Positions 59,050 to 64,000 of a stretch of DNA of 64,000 nucleotides are shown one piece after another. Within the stretch, counting starts at the first letter, position 1; each line of letters starts with the position of its first letter. The stretch comes from Squalus acanthias (Eukaryota), in contig JASTWF010000034.1 of assembly GCA_030390025.1 (NCBI GenBank), forward strand, positions 1,240,001 through 1,304,000. The letters are read 5' to 3'. The notes beneath the pieces were generated by a model. The model was not told where the DNA came from. It made no database searches and worked only from the letters and a program-made list of their open reading frames with translations. The position numbers and the translations under genes were made by a program.

Positions 59050-62000
59050 ACATAACGAACATACGGATTAGGAGCAGGATTCGGCCATTCGGTCCCTCAA
59101 GCCTGTTCCGCCATTCAATAAGATCATGGCTGATCTGATTACTCCACATTCGCGTCCAACCCCCGATAACCTTTCACCCCCTTGCTTATCAAGAATCTAT
59201 CTACGTCCGCCTTAAAAATATTCAAAGACTCTGCTTCCACCGCCCTCTGAGGAAGAGAGTTCCAAAGACTCACGAACCTCTGAGAAAAAACATTCTCCTC
59301 ATCTCTGTCTAAAATGGGCGCTCCATTATTTTTAAACAGTGACCCCTAGTTCTAGATTCTCCCACAAGAGGAAACATCCTCTCCGCATCCACCCTGTCAA
59401 GACCCCTCAGGATCTTATAGGTTTCAATCAAGTCACCTCTTACTCTTCTAAACTCCAGTGGATACAAGCCTAGCCTGTCCAACCTTTCCTCATAAGACAA
59501 CCCGCCCATTCCAGGTATTAGTCTGGTAAACCTTCTCTGAACTGCTTCCAACGCAATTACATCCTTCCTTAAATAAGGAGACTAATACTGTACTCAGGAC
59601 CCCAGATGTGGTGTCACCCATGCCCTCTATAACTGAAGCATAAACTCCCTACTTTTGTATTCAATTCCCCTCGCAATAAACGTTAACATTCTATTAGCTG
59701 CCCTAATTACTCGCAGTACCTGCATACTCTCATCATTTAGATAATATAATTATTTTTTATTTTTCCTGCCAAAATGCACAATTGCACTCTATTTGCCAGA
59801 TGTTACCTTTATATACCTTTGTAGCCTCCATATGTCCTCTTCACAATTTACTTTCCTACCTATCTTTTTGTCATCAGCAAATTTAGCAACCATTTTTTCG
59901 GTCCCTTCACAGAATCACAGAATCCCCACATTGCAGATAGAGGCCATTTCGGCCCATCGAGCCTGCACCGACACATATCCCACCCTATCCCCAATTATTT
60001 AATCCCCCCTAACACTTAGGGTCAATTTATCATAGCCAAATCAACCTAACCCGCACATCTTTGGACTGTGGGAGCACCCGGAGGAAACCCACGCAGACAC
60101 GGGGAGAATGTGCAAACTCCACACAGACAGTCACCCTCGGCCGGATTCGAACCCGGGTCCCTGGCGCTGTGAGGCAACAGTGCTAACCAGTATGCCACCG
60201 TGTTGCCCATGAATGTCTTCATCCAAGTCATTTACATGAATTGTAAAAAGTTGAGGCCCCAGTATTATCCCAGGGGCACACGACACGTTACATCTTGCCA
60301 ACCAGAAAATGACCCATTTATGCCTACTCTCTGTTTCCTTTTAGCTGGCCAATCTTCTATCCATGCCAATATGTTACCCCCTACACCATTAACTTTTATG
60401 TTCCGAAATAACCTTATCAAATGCCTTCTGGAAATCTAAGTGCAGTACATCCACCGGTTCCCCTTTATCCACAGCACATGTTACTTCCTCAACGAACTCC
60501 AATAAATTGGTTAAACATGATTTCCCTTTCTCAAAACCATGCTGACTCTGCCTGATTACCTTGAACTTTTACAAGTGCCCTGCTATAACGTCTTTAATAA
60601 TAGTTTCTAGCATCTTCCCTAAGACAGGTGTTAAGCTAACTGGCCTGTAGTTTCCTGCTTTCTGTCTCACTCCCTTTTTGAATAAAGGAGTTACAATCGC
60701 TATTTTCTAATCTAATGTAACCTTCCTCGAATCTAGGGAATTTTGGAAAATTAAAACCAACGCATCAACTATCTCACCAGCTACTTCTTTTAAGACCCTA
60801 GGATGAAGTCCAGCAGGACCCGGGGACTTGTCAGCCCGCATCTCCAACAATTTCCTCAGTACTACTTCCCTGCTGATCGTAATTTTCTTGACTTCCTCCC
60901 TCCCTTCCATTTACTGATTTACAGCTGTTTCTGGGATGTTACTTGTATCCTCTATAGTGAAGACCGATGCAAAATACCTGTTCAATTCAACTGCCATCTC
61001 CTTATTTTCCATTATTAATTCCCCAGACTCACTTTTTATAGGACCAACGCTCCCTTTGTTAACTCTTTTCTTTTTAGAATATCTATAGAAACTCTTACTA
61101 TCTGTTTTTATATTTCTAGCTAGCTTTCTCTCGTACTCTCATTTTTCTCTCCTTATTAATCTTTTAGTAATTCTTTGCTGTTTGTTTATATTATGTCCAA
61201 TCTTCTGACCTGCCACCCATCTTTGCACAATTATATGCTTTTTCTTTAAGTTTGATACTATCTTTAACTTTTTTAGTTAACCACGGATGGTGGGTCCTCC
61301 CCTTGGAATTTTTCTTTCTCGTTGGAAAGGATCTATTCAGTGTATTCTGAAATATCCCATTAAATGTCTGCCACTGCAGCTCTATTGACCTATTGCTTAC
61401 TCTAGTTTGCCATTTCACTTTAGCTAGCTCTGCTATCATGCCCTCATAATTGCCCTTATTTAAGTTAAAAAAACTAGTCTTGGACCAAATCTTCTCTCCC
61501 TCAAACTGAATGTAAAATTCAATCTTATTATGATCGCTGCGACCTAGGGGCACATTCACTATGTGGTCATTAATTAATCTGATCTTGTTTCACAATACCA
61601 GGTCTACTATAGCCTGCTCTCTGGTTGGCTCCAGAACGTGCTGTTCTAAGAAACTGTCCCCAAAACATTCTATGTACTCCTCATGTAGGCTACCTTTGCC
61701 CATCTGATTTTTCCATCTATATGTAGATTAAAATCCCCCATTATTATTGCCATACCTTTCTGATAAGCTCGCATTATTTCTTCCTTGATACTGCATACTA
61801 ACGTGTGGTTTCTGTTAGGGGGCCTGTACACCACTTCCACAAGTGACTTCTTGCCTTCATCATTTCTCATCTCTACCCAAACCGCTTCTACATCCTGGTT
61901 TCCTTTACTTAATCTTCCCTCTATTGCGCTAATACCATTATTAATTTACAGAGCCACCCCTCCACTTTTTCCTAAATATCATGTACCCTTCAATATTCAG

Positions 62001-62502
62001 GTCCCAATGTTGTCATCCTGCTGCCATGTCTCTGTAATGGCTATCAGATTGTACTTATTTAATTCTATTTGCGCCATCAGTTCATCTGTTTTGTTTCGAA
62101 TGCTACGTGCATTCAGATACAGAGCCTTTAATTTTGTCCTTTTATTATTTTTGTAACCTTTAGCCTTATCTGCTGATTTACTCTTAGATTTGTACTCTCT
62201 ATCCCTTCCCGTCACGGTCTGTTTATCATTTCCCATATTAATACCTTTCTCTTTTGTCTTGTTTCTACTCTTTGAATTACCACATCTTCCCAGATTTGAT
62301 CCCTGGCCCCCAATATTTAGTTGAAAGCCCTCTCCACCGCCCTAGTTATATGACCCTCCAGAACACTGGTCCCAGCACGGTTCAGGTGAAGACCAACCCA
62401 ACGGTACAGATCCCACTTTCCCCAGTACTGGAGCTAGTGCCCCAGGAAGCAAAACCAATTTCTCCCATACCAGTCTTTGAGCTACGCATACATCTCTCTA
62501 AT
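59050..62502 (-). mobile_element. Inverted duplicate of the CR1 at 15294-18535, with a SINE insertion
   Basis: Near-identical ORF fragments (MGNDKQ..., MEAVQRRFTRLI...), same 5' truncation point and same flanks. Confidence 0.93.
59910..60216 (-). mobile_element. tRNA-derived V-SINE (HE1-like) with CR1-derived tail
   Basis: Head GGTGGCATACTGG...GGTTCGAATCC (A/B boxes); core tgtgtggagtttgcacattctccccgtgtctgcgtgggtttcctccgg; tail gattctgtgattctg; 5-bp TSD CTTCA; absent from the paralogous CR1. Confidence 0.88.
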
Positions 62503-63512
62503 TTGATGGAACAGGGTAGAGGGAGCTTTACTCTGTATCTAACCCGTGCTGTATCTGCCCTGGGAGTGTTTGATGGGTATTTGTAGAGGGAGCTTTACTC
62601 TGTATCTAACCCGTGCTGTACCTGCCCTGGGAGTGTTTGATGGGTCTTTGTAGAGGAAGCTTTACTTTGTATCTAACCCGTGCTGTATCTGCCCTGGGAG
62701 TGTTTGATGGGTATTTGTAGAGGGAGCTTTACTCTGTACCTAACCCGTGCTGTACCTGTCCTGGGAGAGTTTGATGGGTCTTTGTAGAGGGAGCTTTACT
62801 CTGTATCTAACCCGGGCTGTATCTTCCTGGGAATATTTGAAGGGACAATGTAGAGGAAGCTTTACTTTGCATCAATCCCTGTGCTGTACCTGCCCTGGGA
62901 GTGTTCGATAGGTCTTTGTAGAGGGTGCTTTACTCTGTACCTAACCCTGGCTGTACCTGCCCTGGAAATGTTTGATGTCAGTGTCCAGCAAGCTTCACTC
63001 TACATCTAAACTGTTCTGTAACTGCCCTGGCACTTTTTGATAGGACATTGTAAAGGGAGCTTTACTCTGTACCTAACCCATGCACTACTTGCCTTGCGAG
63101 TGTTAGATGGGACAGTGAAGACGGAGCTTTACTCTATATCTAACCTGTGCTGTACTTGCCCTGAGAGTGTTTGTGGGACAGTGTAGAGGGAGCTTTATTC
63201 GGTATCTAACGCGGGCTGTGCCTACCCTGGGATTGTATGATGGGATTCTGTAGAGGTATCTTAAATCTGCATCTAACCCGTGCTGTACCTGGCCTGGGAG
63301 TATTTGATGGGTCTTTGTAAAGGCAGCTTTACTCTGTATCTAACCCGTGCTGTACCTGCCCTGGGAGTGTTTGTTGGGACAGTGTAGAGGGAGCCTTACT
63401 CTGTATCTAACCCGTGCTGTACCTGCCCTGGGAGTGTTTGATGGGACAGTGTAGAGGGAGCTTTACTTTGTATTTAACCCATGCTGTACCTGCCCCGTGT
63501 GTATTTGATGGA
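62503..63512 (-). repeat. 67-bp satellite array, minus orientation
   Basis: Reverse complement of the unit; shares gggtctttgt-type variants with 14550-15290. Confidence 0.92.
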
Positions 63513-63514
63513 CA

Positions 63515-64000
63515 AAATTGAGAGGTCGCACAACACCAGGTTATAGTCCAACAGTTTTATTTGAAATCACAAGCTTTCGGAACTATCGCTCCTTCCTCAG
63601 GTGAAGTAAATTGGATACAGAATCGTCAGAGCATATATAGATGGAAAAAAAAGCATGTGTACTTTACAATTGCAGACCAATAAATTAAATCATCCTGACT
63701 ATCTGCCGAGGTGTGATAAAGTTAATTAAGTCAGCCAGGAAGGTACCACATCAAAAGACATAGCAAGATACAACTGAGACAATGAGGTGAAGTCGCAGGG
63801 GTTCTAACGTGTCAAAAGCTGCCGTCTGTATGTAAAACGAAAAGCTTTAAAAAAAAAAAAAATTTACTTTTTTACTGGGAAAATTTTTACTTTTTTACTG
63901 GGAATCACATCTGTGAACAAGCTAACGACGACTCGAGTCCGGATCACGTCATGTATCGTGACATAAACCCAAGATCCCGATTGAGACCGTCTTCATGAGT
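63515..64000 (-). mobile_element. Penelope-like element 3' end (ORF C-terminus plus terminal repeat), extends beyond the window
   Basis: Minus strand 64000-63944 reads THEDGLNRDLGFMSRYMT*, resembling the GLN-containing end of the Penelope GIY-YIG domain; hammerhead downstream. Confidence 0.75.
63567..63604 (-). ncRNA. Minimal type I hammerhead ribozyme, second copy
   Basis: UCAC-CUGAGGA-A-GGAGC-GAUA-GUUCC-GAAA-GC-UU-GUGA; differences from copy 1 are at N7, in the loop, or give a G-U pair. Confidence 0.65.

Noticed and set aside
60140..60210. tRNA gene
   Set aside because: A/B boxes belong to a SINE head; it continues into the SINE core and tail and has a TSD.

Overview
Eukaryotic, repeat-dominated vertebrate DNA. 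The repeat and gene families suggest a cartilaginous fish (shark), which is an inference. Most of the window is satellites and minisatellites: 30/32/34-bp G-rich, 67/75-bp, 47-bp, 27-bp, ~31-bp and 40-bp units. These are interleaved with decayed CR1, L2 and RTE LINEs, tRNA-derived SINEs and Penelope-like fragments, and there is a 500-N gap. Host-gene pieces are a C2H2 zinc-finger exon (minus strand, window start), the main coding exon of a GPR139-like class A GPCR, and three copies of a promoter/two-exon cassette of an unidentified gene; two of those copies lie in a ~5-kb inverted segmental duplication. Highlights: (1) an intact 4.44-kb Gypsy LTR retrotransposon with identical LTRs, no tRNA primer site, an 11-nt self-complementary PBS (Tf1-like self-priming) and a YLDN RT motif; (2) an ~11-kb satellite whose 47-bp unit is a piece of CR1 reverse-transcriptase coding sequence; (3) a ~60-unit array of YY1 motifs just behind the GPCR stop codon; (4) two minimal hammerhead ribozymes in Penelope-like termini. 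Most long ORFs in the track are satellite artefacts. No CRISPR or prokaryotic system is present, and none of the highlights can be called previously undescribed without database searches.
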